DNA from: an uncultured virus (IMG/VR IMGVR_UViG_3300031998_000082)
Taxonomy: Duplodnaviria; Heunggongvirae; Uroviricota; Caudoviricetes
Direction: 5' to 3' (one strand)
DNA: 64,000 nt
IMG/VR virus record: IMGVR_UViG_3300031998_000082
Position 1 is the first letter of the stretch. Each line of letters begins with the position of its first letter. Below the pieces are notes generated by a model, which saw only the letters and a list, made by a program, of their open reading frames with translations, did no database searches and was not told where the DNA came from. Made by a program: the position numbers and the translations under genes. Below are positions 27,335 to 35,951 of this stretch, piece after piece.

Positions 27335-29220
27335 TGGCTTGGTTTACTTTAGATGAGTTAATTAAAACTACTGATATGACGCACCGAGTCACAGGTGGTA
27401 CAGGACAGCATGGTGGCTTAGATAATGCTTTTCACAATTATATTGGAACTGATTATGTGTTATGGTCACAAGCAAACAATTCATATAGTTATCCTTTTCA
27501 GCTGACCTATAACAATGGTGATTTAGAAATGAACGCCACAAGCCCAGATTATGGAATGATATGTTTACCGATTATTCCGTCAAATATAGGGTGCATAGAG
27601 TTTGATGTAAAGTTTAAACCGTATCCTACAAGCTATCAAACACAAGATTTTATGCTGATTTTGGATTATGATAGTTTTAGCTTTTTACGTCTTATAAAAC
27701 GTCAGCCACCAACAATAGATGATACATGGGAACATATCAAAATTGATGTGGATAATCCAACTGAAACTTTTTATTTCACAATGACTTCAAGATGCTGTTG
27801 GGAAATGAAAAACATAAAGTTTTATGTGGTTGATGTTTCCCCGTCAGGTGGTGCAGGTTCGGGATATATAGGCAACAGCCTTGTAAGTAACAAAAAGATG
27901 GTTGGCTATAATGTTCCTACTTCAAGTGCTGAAAGCACAAAAACTGAAAGTATCAATGAAGCAAGCGAAAGTCCTGTTAGTGGCAAGCCTAAAATCGGGA
28001 ATGGTCATGCGAGGATTAAGTTAATATCTGAAATAAAGTATTGGGGCTTTATAGAACATATGGATGTCTTAGACCCTGCTCAAAGAGTTGAGTATATAGG
28101 ACTTAATAAAAATTATACACCTATAACTATTGACTCATCATCGCATAGTGCTAATTATGGCTCATGGTCAGAACACCCTATAATACAAGGTAATGTTCCA
28201 GCTATGATTAAATCTGATGGCACATTAGATTATTACTTGAATCCGAACGATTATACGAAAAAAGCAGATAATACAGCATCCGACATAACAGATTTATCCT
28301 ATAATGGTGGGGCATTTGCTTATATTCCTAAACATTATAAACGAGAATACATAGAAGGTAATGATAGATATGTCTATATATCTATGGAAAAACTTTCAGA
28401 TGAGTATAAGCCAATCGGATTTATAGGACCAAACAATCATGAGTATAAAGGTGCATGGATTCCAATGTTTTACGGAACAGATGTAACTCAGAATGGTGTA
28501 CCTAAAATAGTATCATTGGCAAGCGGTTATCCAACAAAGGATAAATCATCAGATACACAGAATACATATATGACTAATTTCTGTTCACAGGCAAAGTTTT
28601 TCGGTGGTGCTATCATGAATGTTATAACAGACTTATTAACTTTGTTTGGTAAAAATTCTGATATACAAGCTGTATTTGGAATTGGTAATGCTAAAGGATA
28701 TAGTAGTAGTGGGCCAAACTATGGAATGAAAGAAAATGCTGTTGTGGGTGGTGGTCAGTTTTATGGTACAACTGATGGTTATTCTCTTAATAAAATATTA
28801 CATAGCATAGTATTAGGTACTTATAATCAGTGGCAAAGAGACCCTTATATGATATTAGTTTCTGGTAGATTAAAGGTTTGTCCTACATATGCTTATGACC
28901 CGACAGGAGCAGATTCACGTTATATTGACACAGGCATTGATTATACTTCAAGTTATTCCGATAGATGGGTATATCCACATAAGTCATTACTTGTTCCTGA
29001 TTTTGGTGCTGTATTTGATACAGGTCCTTATTCAGGAAGCACAACCACTGGATATGCTGATGGATTTTATTATGGTCGTTCTGGTACAAAAATGTTTAGT
29101 AGGTTTAATGTTTGCAATGGTGATAGAAGTGCTGGTCCACGAGCGTTTTATGCAGATAGAGAAGCAAGTTTTACTGAATGGGCTATTGGAGCATCTCCAT
29201 TTTTATTATCAGATATTTAA
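27334..29220 (+). CDS. tail fibre/receptor-binding protein (end of glycine-rich domain plus C-terminal lectin-like domain)
   Basis: SGGAGSGYIG..GNGHARIK; YGSW..DYYLNPNDYTKK domain; C-term resembling C-type-lectin-fold tips. Confidence 0.7.
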   Translation: MAWFTLDELIKTTDMTHRVTGGTGQHGGLDNAFHNYIGTDYVLWSQANNSYSYPFQLTYNNGDLEMNATSPDYGMICLPIIPSNIGCIEFDVKFKPYPTSYQTQDFMLILDYDSFSFLRLIKRQPPTIDDTWEHIKIDVDNPTETFYFTMTSRCCWEMKNIKFYVVDVSPSGGAGSGYIGNSLVSNKKMVGYNVPTSSAESTKTESINEASESPVSGKPKIGNGHARIKLISEIKYWGFIEHMDVLDPAQRVEYIGLNKNYTPITIDSSSHSANYGSWSEHPIIQGNVPAMIKSDGTLDYYLNPNDYTKKADNTASDITDLSYNGGAFAYIPKHYKREYIEGNDRYVYISMEKLSDEYKPIGFIGPNNHEYKGAWIPMFYGTDVTQNGVPKIVSLASGYPTKDKSSDTQNTYMTNFCSQAKFFGGAIMNVITDLLTLFGKNSDIQAVFGIGNAKGYSSSGPNYGMKENAVVGGGQFYGTTDGYSLNKILHSIVLGTYNQWQRDPYMILVSGRLKVCPTYAYDPTGADSRYIDTGIDYTSSYSDRWVYPHKSLLVPDFGAVFDTGPYSGSTTTGYADGFYYGRSGTKMFSRFNVCNGDRSAGPRAFYADREASFTEWAIGASPFLLSDI

Positions 29221-29229
29221 TAAAAGCCT

Positions 29230-29415
29230 ATGACACATAATTGGAAATACACAAAATCAGAAAAGTGGGAAACTTGTGAAGTAATATGTCTTAAATGTTT
29301 TCATAGATGGGTAGCAGTTTTCCCTCAAGAAGTTTTATTAAAAGACTTAGAATGCCCAGAAGGTCATGTGGGATATGTGATTAAGACAGGGCAGACGATA
29401 ACGGAGGAAGTATGA
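29230..29415 (+). CDS. small zinc-binding hypothetical protein
   Basis: CLKCFHRW..LECP. Confidence 0.6.
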   Translation: MTHNWKYTKSEKWETCEVICLKCFHRWVAVFPQEVLLKDLECPEGHVGYVIKTGQTITEEV

Positions 29416-29603
29416 ATGGGACTGAAGTACAAATGGCTGTCAAAGGATTGAAACGACAGAAAAAAGCTGAATATATTCGCAACCTACTTATTGATGTAGG
29501 ACAAAAGGACAAGAAGAAGTTTAAGTTGGGCGAAGAAATACGTTATTCTCCATGTGAAGTCTATGATATTCTGATGAAGTATGGCGTGGATTTAGTGGAG
29601 TAA
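29412..29603 (+). CDS. hypothetical protein
   Basis: GGAGG RBS; translational coupling. Confidence 0.6.
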   Translation: MNGTEVQMAVKGLKRQKKAEYIRNLLIDVGQKDKKKFKLGEEIRYSPCEVYDILMKYGVDLVE

Positions 29604-29706
29604 CCTAATAAAAACTATCTTAGGAGGTAAAGCATGGTAATTATTCTCATTTTTCTTCTTTGGGTGGTGATTGCCCTGCTTTTCCTTGCTATTCTGAAAG
29701 GAGGGA

Positions 29707-29922
29707 ATGATGATGACGATACTTAAAAGACTGGCAAAACTGATTGACGTTAAGAGCCTTGTTACGTTTGTTTTGACAGGTGTGTTTGCGTACTTATCAA
29801 TCAAGGGAACTATCAGCGGACAGGATTTCTTACAGGTTTTCTTGATGGTGGTTTCTTTCTATTTTGGTACGCAATCAGGAAAGAAAGAAAAGGAGACAGA
29901 GCATGACGAAAATATATCTTAA
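29707..29922 (+). CDS. holin
   Basis: Two TM helices; VKSLVT..SFYFGTQ; charged C-terminus; precedes lysin. Confidence 0.8.
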   Translation: MMMTILKRLAKLIDVKSLVTFVLTGVFAYLSIKGTISGQDFLQVFLMVVSFYFGTQSGKKEKETEHDENIS

Positions 29923-30682
29923 AGATTGGGACAACTACCTTTTCTCCCGCATCAATATAGACTTGTATGTTTACAGTGGTAATGGTGAATTATTTGTAAA
30001 TCAGTTACCAAGACTTACAAGTATGGAGTTAATAAACCATACTCAAAAACAGGCTTTTGATAATACACAGCGAGTATTGACATTACTTCATAAAAGGCTT
30101 TTACAGGGCGTAAATATATTTGATATACGTGGTGAGGATTGTGGTGGTTTAGCGGTCAAATTCTTACTTGATAACGGAATCATAGACGAGGATATGACAG
30201 CTAATGCACTTTATCACTTCACTAAAAAGAATGGTAAAGAAATACCGTTGTCAGAAGTACGAAATGGTGATTATGTTTTTGAGGGTGATGCTGACAATAA
30301 GTGGCATGTAGGATATGCAGTCAGTGAAACTTCAGCAGTAGAATGTATGAACCATGACGAGGGTGTTGTAGAAACAACCATTGCAAAACGTAAGTGGAAG
30401 TATGCAACAAGACCTAATTGGTATATCATCGAGCCTAAAAAGCCTATACTTACAAGAGAATTAAAACTTACAGACCCGTATATGCGTGGTGAAGATGTAA
30501 GAGAAGCACAGTTATTACTTCAAGCACATGGATATAATCCCGGAACTATTGATGGTGTATTCGGTAAGAATACTGAAATCGCAAGTAAAAACTTCAAGCA
30601 TGACAACGGCTTGAAATCTGAAACAGGTACAATCGGTAAAAAGACGGCAGAGAAACTTGGCTTTATTTGGGAGGGCAAATGA
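29903..30682 (+). CDS. endolysin: NlpC/P60-like peptidase plus peptidoglycan-binding domain
   Basis: DCGGL, TANAL, GDYVF, HVGY catalytic motifs; C-term GEDV..Q.LL..GY.PG.IDGVFG..T PG_binding_1. Confidence 0.85.
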   Translation: MTKIYLKDWDNYLFSRINIDLYVYSGNGELFVNQLPRLTSMELINHTQKQAFDNTQRVLTLLHKRLLQGVNIFDIRGEDCGGLAVKFLLDNGIIDEDMTANALYHFTKKNGKEIPLSEVRNGDYVFEGDADNKWHVGYAVSETSAVECMNHDEGVVETTIAKRKWKYATRPNWYIIEPKKPILTRELKLTDPYMRGEDVREAQLLLQAHGYNPGTIDGVFGKNTEIASKNFKHDNGLKSETGTIGKKTAEKLGFIWEGK

Positions 30683-31440
30683 AGATAACAGAATTTACAA
30701 CAGATGAATTAAACCTCTTCCGTGATAAGTGTTCTTTTACTGATGAGGAACGAACTTGTTTTGAAATGAAGATTAAAGATGCTACAGACATTGAATTGGC
30801 TTTTGCGTTGAATTGTTCCGAGTCCAAAGTAGCATTTGTAAAACGTAAGATGAGGGCAAAGATTGATGAAGTATTACGGCAGAATGTAAGAAAGGCAAAC
30901 TACCCTCAGCAGTATCCCTCATGTGGTAATTGTCAACAGCGCATTTTACATACGATGTCGGAATGGGCAAAACTGCCGGACTTCCTTTCAGTAAAAGGAC
31001 AGGAGTATGTATATACCGATTATCGTACTGAAGGAACGGTAAATTATCCACGTTCTAAAATGGGTGACGGTGTACATTATGTGTCGGAACTCCCCTTCTA
31101 CACTTCATGTATCACTGAGGAAGATATGGAGCGTTGGGATAATAAGCCAGATGTTTCAAGTAATCACTTTGGGAAGATAATCACGATTGACCACACATAT
31201 GCTGGTGAGAACAAGTTTGTATTTCCTACAAAGGGTTATGTCACTCTTGAGTTTAAGGCAAACGGACTTGAACATGCTGAAGTAAGAATATATGGGGCAA
31301 GTGGCAAAACCTATTTCACATTACTCAAGTACACAGAGCATGATAATCAGAGTAAAGAGATAATGGTGGAAAAGGGTATGATGTGCGAATACATATCCGC
31401 ATCGGAGAGTGCCGAGATAAAGTTCTATCCATTAGTGTAA
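30679..31440 (+). CDS. sigma-region-4/LuxR-like HTH protein fused to an additional beta domain
   Basis: FTDEERTCFE..ELAFALNCSESKV..KRKMRAKI HTH; internal KMGDGVHYVSELPF motif. Confidence 0.6.
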   Translation: MKITEFTTDELNLFRDKCSFTDEERTCFEMKIKDATDIELAFALNCSESKVAFVKRKMRAKIDEVLRQNVRKANYPQQYPSCGNCQQRILHTMSEWAKLPDFLSVKGQEYVYTDYRTEGTVNYPRSKMGDGVHYVSELPFYTSCITEEDMERWDNKPDVSSNHFGKIITIDHTYAGENKFVFPTKGYVTLEFKANGLEHAEVRIYGASGKTYFTLLKYTEHDNQSKEIMVEKGMMCEYISASESAEIKFYPLV

Positions 31441-31494
31441 TATAGTGTAATACAGTGTAAAAACAGTTTTTTAACAGTTTCATAACATTTTCTT

Positions 31495-31527
31495 AAAAGA
31501 AATCTCACAAGTTGAGATTTCTTTTTT
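31495..31527 (+). terminator. intrinsic terminator (bidirectional-type)
   Basis: AAAAGAAATCTCA-caagt-TGAGATTTCTTTT plus T run. Confidence 0.7.
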
Positions 31528-31661
31528 GTTTTATAATCTCATCATCAAACGAAGGAGGACAGCGCATATGATGGACATAAGCAATCTATTAGCAACCACT
31601 ATGAAGAATGAGCATTGTACATCACTATGCGCTTTTCTCATGTTCAAAGAAGGTGATGAAA

Positions 31662-32042
31662 ATGGCGTACATCTACATCAATCCAAATCCCTCAAACAAT
31701 CTGACGGGAGATTGCGTGATACGCGGAATAAGTCTGTTAATGAAGCAGGATTGGGAAACGGCGTATATGAACATAGTTCTACAAGGATTCATGATGCACG
31801 ACATGCCATCTTCTAATGCAGTTTGGGGAGCGTTCTTACATCAAAATGGTTTTCAGCGTAGAACAATCCCTAACACTTGTCCCGATTGCTACACAATAAA
31901 AGATTTTACAAGAGACTATCCACAGGGCGAATATCTTTTAGCGACTGGTACGCATGTAGTAGCTGTCAAAGACGGAAACTACTTTGACACATGGGACAGT
32001 GGTAACGAAACACCAATTTACTATTGGCAGAAGGAGGCTTAA
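31662..32042 (+). CDS. papain-like (Cys-His-Asp) fold protein, paralog of 35194
   Basis: NPNP..GDCVIRGIS..THVVAV..YFDTWDS. Confidence 0.65.
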   Translation: MAYIYINPNPSNNLTGDCVIRGISLLMKQDWETAYMNIVLQGFMMHDMPSSNAVWGAFLHQNGFQRRTIPNTCPDCYTIKDFTRDYPQGEYLLATGTHVVAVKDGNYFDTWDSGNETPIYYWQKEA

Positions 32043-32435
32043 ATGAATTACTATCCACAAAACTACAATCCGTATTATCAGAATCAACAGACACAGCCCG
32101 CTATACAAAGCGGTAATTTAGTCAGTGTAAGAGATGAGAATGAGGCAAGAATGTATCCAATAGCTCCGGGAAACTCTGTAACATTCAAAGATGAAAATCA
32201 GCCTTATATCTACACAAAGACAATGGGTTTTTCACAGCTGGACAGACCCGTATTTGAGCGATATAAGCTGATTAAAGAGGAGATTGCAGAAAATATACAG
32301 CCGAGTGAGAAATACGCTTTAAAAAGCGATTTAGCAGACTTGGTGAATAAGATTATGGACTTACAGGAAGAACTCTTAGCATTAAAGGGTGATAATCGAA
32401 AAAGAACGGAGGGAGCTGGAGATGTTGAACGCTAA
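32043..32435 (+). CDS. hypothetical protein (Y/Q/N/P-rich N-terminus)
   Basis: GGAGG RBS; first of the post-lysis cluster. Confidence 0.75.
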   Translation: MNYYPQNYNPYYQNQQTQPAIQSGNLVSVRDENEARMYPIAPGNSVTFKDENQPYIYTKTMGFSQLDRPVFERYKLIKEEIAENIQPSEKYALKSDLADLVNKIMDLQEELLALKGDNRKRTEGAGDVER

Positions 32436-32631
32436 TCTTTTACAGATGATTTCACAGTTTAAATCTAATCCCATGCAGATGTTGGCATCAAGATACAATA
32501 TACCACAGGGTATCAACAGTCCACAAGACATTGTACAACATCTTCTTAATACAGGTCAGATTTCCCAATCTCAGGTCAATTCAGCTATGCAGTTAAAGAA
32601 CAATCCTGAGATACAAAAGTTATTTAGATAA
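32422..32631 (+). CDS. hypothetical protein (Q/N/M-rich)
   Basis: GGAG RBS; NPMQML..PQDIVQHLLNTGQISQSQ. Confidence 0.75.
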   Translation: MLNANLLQMISQFKSNPMQMLASRYNIPQGINSPQDIVQHLLNTGQISQSQVNSAMQLKNNPEIQKLFR

Positions 32632-32706
32632 TAAAGTTCGGCCGACTTTGTTATAAACTGACAGTTTACTGTCACTACCCTAAAAAATTTATAGGAGGAA
32701 AATTTT

Positions 32707-33522
32707 ATGTCATTATCAACAGACAACGGAACAGGCTTCTATATGCCTGTAGCTCCTGCATATGCAGGTGGTAACAATGGTTTTGGCGGTTTCGGAGGAG
32801 ACGGCTGGTGGATTATTCTCTTACTTCTTTTCGCAGGCGGCGGTTGGGGTAACGGTGGATTCGGTGGTTTTGGTGGAGGCTATGAGTTCCCTTGGCTTAT
32901 GAATGGTCAGCAGAATATCAACACTAACACCAACAACGGCTTCAGAGATGCAATGATTAATGATGGTATCACTTCTATACGTGATGGCATCTCAGGTCTT
33001 TCAACACAGTTATGCGGATGTTGCTCAGATATGCAGATGGCACTTGCAAATGGCTTTGCCGGAGTAGAACAGGGAGCAAATACAAGACAGATTGCTAATA
33101 TGCAGACAATGTTTGGGCTTCAGTCGCAGTTAGCACAGGCAAGCGCAGATAACAGACTTGGAATTGCAGGTATAGGTTCTGATATTGCAAGAGAAGCTTG
33201 CGCTACCCGCACAAATGACACACAGAATACACAGTCTATTCTTAACGTAATCAATGGCGGCATTCAGTCTATAAAGGACCAGTTATGTCAGGACAAGATT
33301 GATGCAAAGAATGATGAGATAGCAAATCTCAGACAGTCACTTGCTATGAAAGATTTAGCGGCTTCACAGATTGCACAGAACGCATTTATCGCTCAGGGCT
33401 TCTCAAATGAAGTTGACCAGCTTTACAACAGGCTGAATAACTGTCCTGTTCCTTCCACACCCGTTTATGGAAGAACACCCATCTTCACTTGCAATCAGAA
33501 CACTTGTGGATGTGGGATGTAA
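32707..33522 (+). CDS. Gly-rich membrane-anchored coiled-coil protein with Cys motifs
   Basis: GGAGG RBS; GFGG repeats flanking WWIILLLLF; QLCGCC; C-term TCGCGM. Confidence 0.8.
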   Translation: MSLSTDNGTGFYMPVAPAYAGGNNGFGGFGGDGWWIILLLLFAGGGWGNGGFGGFGGGYEFPWLMNGQQNINTNTNNGFRDAMINDGITSIRDGISGLSTQLCGCCSDMQMALANGFAGVEQGANTRQIANMQTMFGLQSQLAQASADNRLGIAGIGSDIAREACATRTNDTQNTQSILNVINGGIQSIKDQLCQDKIDAKNDEIANLRQSLAMKDLAASQIAQNAFIAQGFSNEVDQLYNRLNNCPVPSTPVYGRTPIFTCNQNTCGCGM

Positions 33523-33537
33523 TCCGGAGGTGATTCT

Positions 33538-33990
33538 ATGGCAGAGTATTTAGCAAATGCGGTGCAGAATGTAGCACTTAATGCACCAATTATTTTTACA
33601 GCTTCTATTCCTTGTTGTAAAGGATACATCTATCATGAAGATGAAACAGGAATTTTTACTTTGCGTGGAATGACCAATAACTGTTTTGCAAGATATCAGG
33701 TAACTTTCAATGGTAATATTGCAGTTCCTGAAGGCGGTGAACTTACACCCATAGCTATTGCGATAGCAGTTAGTGGCGAACCGAGACTTACAAGCAGAGC
33801 GATATTCACACCACAAGCGGTTGATGAATATGGTAATGTAACAAGTACAGCTATAATCACAGTTCCACGTGGTTGCTGTTTCAACATGAGCGTAGATTAT
33901 GTGTCAGGCATCACAGATGACCCGACAGCTGTTCCTACACCCGTAATCAGCGTACAGAACGCTAATCTTACAATTAACAGAATAGCATAG
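33538..33990 (+). CDS. beta-sandwich protein (BclA-CTD/C1q-like, tentative)
   Basis: GGAGG RBS; GIFTLRG..YQVTFNGNI..NANLTINRIA. Confidence 0.7.
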   Translation: MAEYLANAVQNVALNAPIIFTASIPCCKGYIYHEDETGIFTLRGMTNNCFARYQVTFNGNIAVPEGGELTPIAIAIAVSGEPRLTSRAIFTPQAVDEYGNVTSTAIITVPRGCCFNMSVDYVSGITDDPTAVPTPVISVQNANLTINRIA

Positions 33991-34004
33991 AAAGGAGATT
34001 TATT

Positions 34005-34556
34005 ATGGGACATAAATTGCAGATGTACGAAAACCTCCGTGATATGCTTGAGCGTGAGGTTGGTGAAATCGAAAGAAGGCATGATTTGAACAAAGATTCA
34101 CTTGATAATCTTTATAAACTCACTGCCGCTTTAAAAGTCGTTAATAAATGTATTGACCGCCATGAGATGGAAGAGCAGGAGAAAAAGGGTGAGATGAGTA
34201 ATAACAGCTACGGAAGAAATTCTTATGCAAGATACCCTTATTCAATGGAAGGCACATCTAACATGAGACCTTGGATGGGAAATGCATATGATGGTCAGTC
34301 TAACAATTCTTATGAAGGTCAGTCAAATGCACGTAGAGGCCGAGACGGAGATGGTGATGGTCGATACAACGAAAGCAGAGATAACTTTCGTAATAGTCAG
34401 GATAGAGGATGGTCAAATGCAGAAGGAAATTCCAACGAATATAGCAGAGACGCTTCCAGAAAGAAGATGGTACAAAAGTTAGAAACACTGATGGATGATA
34501 CCATGAGCGAACATGAACGACAGGCGATTAAAGACTGCATCATGAAGATTAAATGA
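34005..34556 (+). CDS. hypothetical protein with low-complexity S/Y/R/G segment
   Basis: AGGAG RBS; ARRGRDGDGDGRY motif. Confidence 0.75.
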   Translation: MGHKLQMYENLRDMLEREVGEIERRHDLNKDSLDNLYKLTAALKVVNKCIDRHEMEEQEKKGEMSNNSYGRNSYARYPYSMEGTSNMRPWMGNAYDGQSNNSYEGQSNARRGRDGDGDGRYNESRDNFRNSQDRGWSNAEGNSNEYSRDASRKKMVQKLETLMDDTMSEHERQAIKDCIMKIK

Positions 34557-34560
34557 TTTT

Positions 34561-34591
34561 AAAGGCACTTCAGCGATGAGGTGCCTTTTTT
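34561..34591 (+). terminator. intrinsic terminator
   Basis: AAAGGCACTTCA-gcga-TGAGGTGCCTTT plus T run. Confidence 0.75.
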
Positions 34592-34602
34592 AAGGAGGAT
34601 AT

Positions 34603-34965
34603 ATGAATACAGACGATATAAACAGCGAGATTAAAAGACTGCTACAAGACAGCTCTTATGACTCATGCCAGAAGTTAGCGTCTCTGTACATTGTCAGAGA
34701 CCATCTACAACGCACGGAAAGCACTCAAAAAGAGCTTTTTGATATTTTGCCGACATATTCTTCATATGCAAACATAAAACGCGAATATGAGCTTGGAAAT
34801 GCAGGAGAAAGAGCTGTTATAAATTTAATGCGTGATTTATGCAAGGAGATAAAAGAATTTATAATTGCATTGCACATCTCAACCCATTCAGCTGATGAAA
34901 GAGCGCATATTTACAAGACTTTGGACGATTTACAAAAATTTTTTCAAAAAAGTGTTGACAAATGA
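34603..34965 (+). CDS. hypothetical protein
   Basis: GGAGG RBS; CQKLASLYIVRDHL motif. Confidence 0.7.
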   Translation: MNTDDINSEIKRLLQDSSYDSCQKLASLYIVRDHLQRTESTQKELFDILPTYSSYANIKREYELGNAGERAVINLMRDLCKEIKEFIIALHISTHSADERAHIYKTLDDLQKFFQKSVDK

Positions 34966-34992
34966 TTAAACGTGTTATATAATGTTCTTGTC
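34955..34992 (+). promoter_or_regulatory. repeated strong early-type promoter, copy 1
   Basis: TTGACA-aatgattAAACGTGTta-TATAAT-gttcttgtc; A/T-tract UP element. Confidence 0.85.
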
Positions 34993-35029
34993 GATGAGAG
35001 TTGGGTACATGAGAAAGTGAGGTAGACAT

Positions 35030-35197
35030 ATGGAAAATTACAAGAATCTTACAGTAGAAGAGCTTGAGGAAATCATCGCTGACATGGGTGATGAGTACGC
35101 TTACGGAATTTTACTTCTTTGTGGACCAGATTATTTTGATGCCGATTATGATACATACAAAGCTTATTCAAAGCGATTAGGAGGAGCGATAGAATGA
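35030..35197 (+). CDS. small acidic hypothetical protein (55 aa)
   Basis: GAGG RBS right after promoter; stop overlaps next ATG (ATGA). Confidence 0.65.
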   Translation: MENYKNLTVEELEEIIADMGDEYAYGILLLCGPDYFDADYDTYKAYSKRLGGAIE

Positions 35198-35595
35198 TTG
35201 ATTATTTTCAGTACAATGTAAATCCTAAAGGTCGTAAGACTGGTGATTGCTGTGTGAGAGCAATCGTGGGTACGCTTGGCATCAGCTATGCCGAAGCAGT
35301 TGAGAGATGTGCTTATTACGCTAAAACACTTTGCTACGGAATAACTGATAAAGAGATTGTTGAAGCAGTCTTAAAAGACTTTGGATATGTTAAGATGAAA
35401 CAGCCACGTAAGAAGAATGGCAAGAAATACACAGTTGGCGAGATGGACCAAGTGCTTACAAAACAGCAGATGCAAGATGGAGTGCTGGTAACTATAGCAA
35501 ATCATCACACATGCATCACAGAAGGCGTGGTTCAAGATATATGGGATTGCAGATACAAGACAGTTGGTAACTACTACGTGATGAAGGAGGCTTGA
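35194..35595 (+). CDS. papain-like (Cys-His-Asp) fold protein, paralog of 31662
   Basis: NVNPKGRKTGDCCVRAI..HHTCI..QDIWD. Confidence 0.65.
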   Translation: MIDYFQYNVNPKGRKTGDCCVRAIVGTLGISYAEAVERCAYYAKTLCYGITDKEIVEAVLKDFGYVKMKQPRKKNGKKYTVGEMDQVLTKQQMQDGVLVTIANHHTCITEGVVQDIWDCRYKTVGNYYVMKEA

Positions 35596-35852
35596 TTATG
35601 TATTACAGATGCAATGATTGTGGACATGAGTTTTCAAGATTGAAAGCTATTGAAGAACCGAGAGGTGAGTTTTGGGGAATACCTTGCAGTGAAACACTTT
35701 ATGTTTGTCCTAACTGTGAGGGAGACGATATAGAAGAGCTTGACGGCGATAAAGATGATGATGAGTATTATGACATGATAGATTATGAAGGTGACAAAGA
35801 GGACCAGTATTACGATGACTTGATGGCAGAGGTGTTACGAAATCAGCAGTAA
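35592..35852 (+). CDS. zinc-ribbon protein with acidic tail
   Basis: YRCNDCGHEF..CPNC. Confidence 0.7.
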   Translation: MIMYYRCNDCGHEFSRLKAIEEPRGEFWGIPCSETLYVCPNCEGDDIEELDGDKDDDEYYDMIDYEGDKEDQYYDDLMAEVLRNQQ

Positions 35853-35880
35853 ACTTTTTTAAAAATTTTTCAAAAAACGC

Positions 35881-35918
35881 TTGACAGATTTTTAAACGTG
35901 TTATATAATGTTCTTGTC
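35881..35918 (+). promoter_or_regulatory. repeated strong early-type promoter, copy 2
   Basis: TTGACA-gatttttAAACGTGTta-TATAAT-gttcttgtc. Confidence 0.85.
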
Positions 35919-35951
35919 GAGAGAGATAAGACACTTGAAAGGAGCAAACGT

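Noticed and set aside
28900..29220. Tail fibre C-terminus resembling a DGR (Mtd/CLec) variable region
   Set aside because: No reverse transcriptase and no second near-identical template repeat seen in this window
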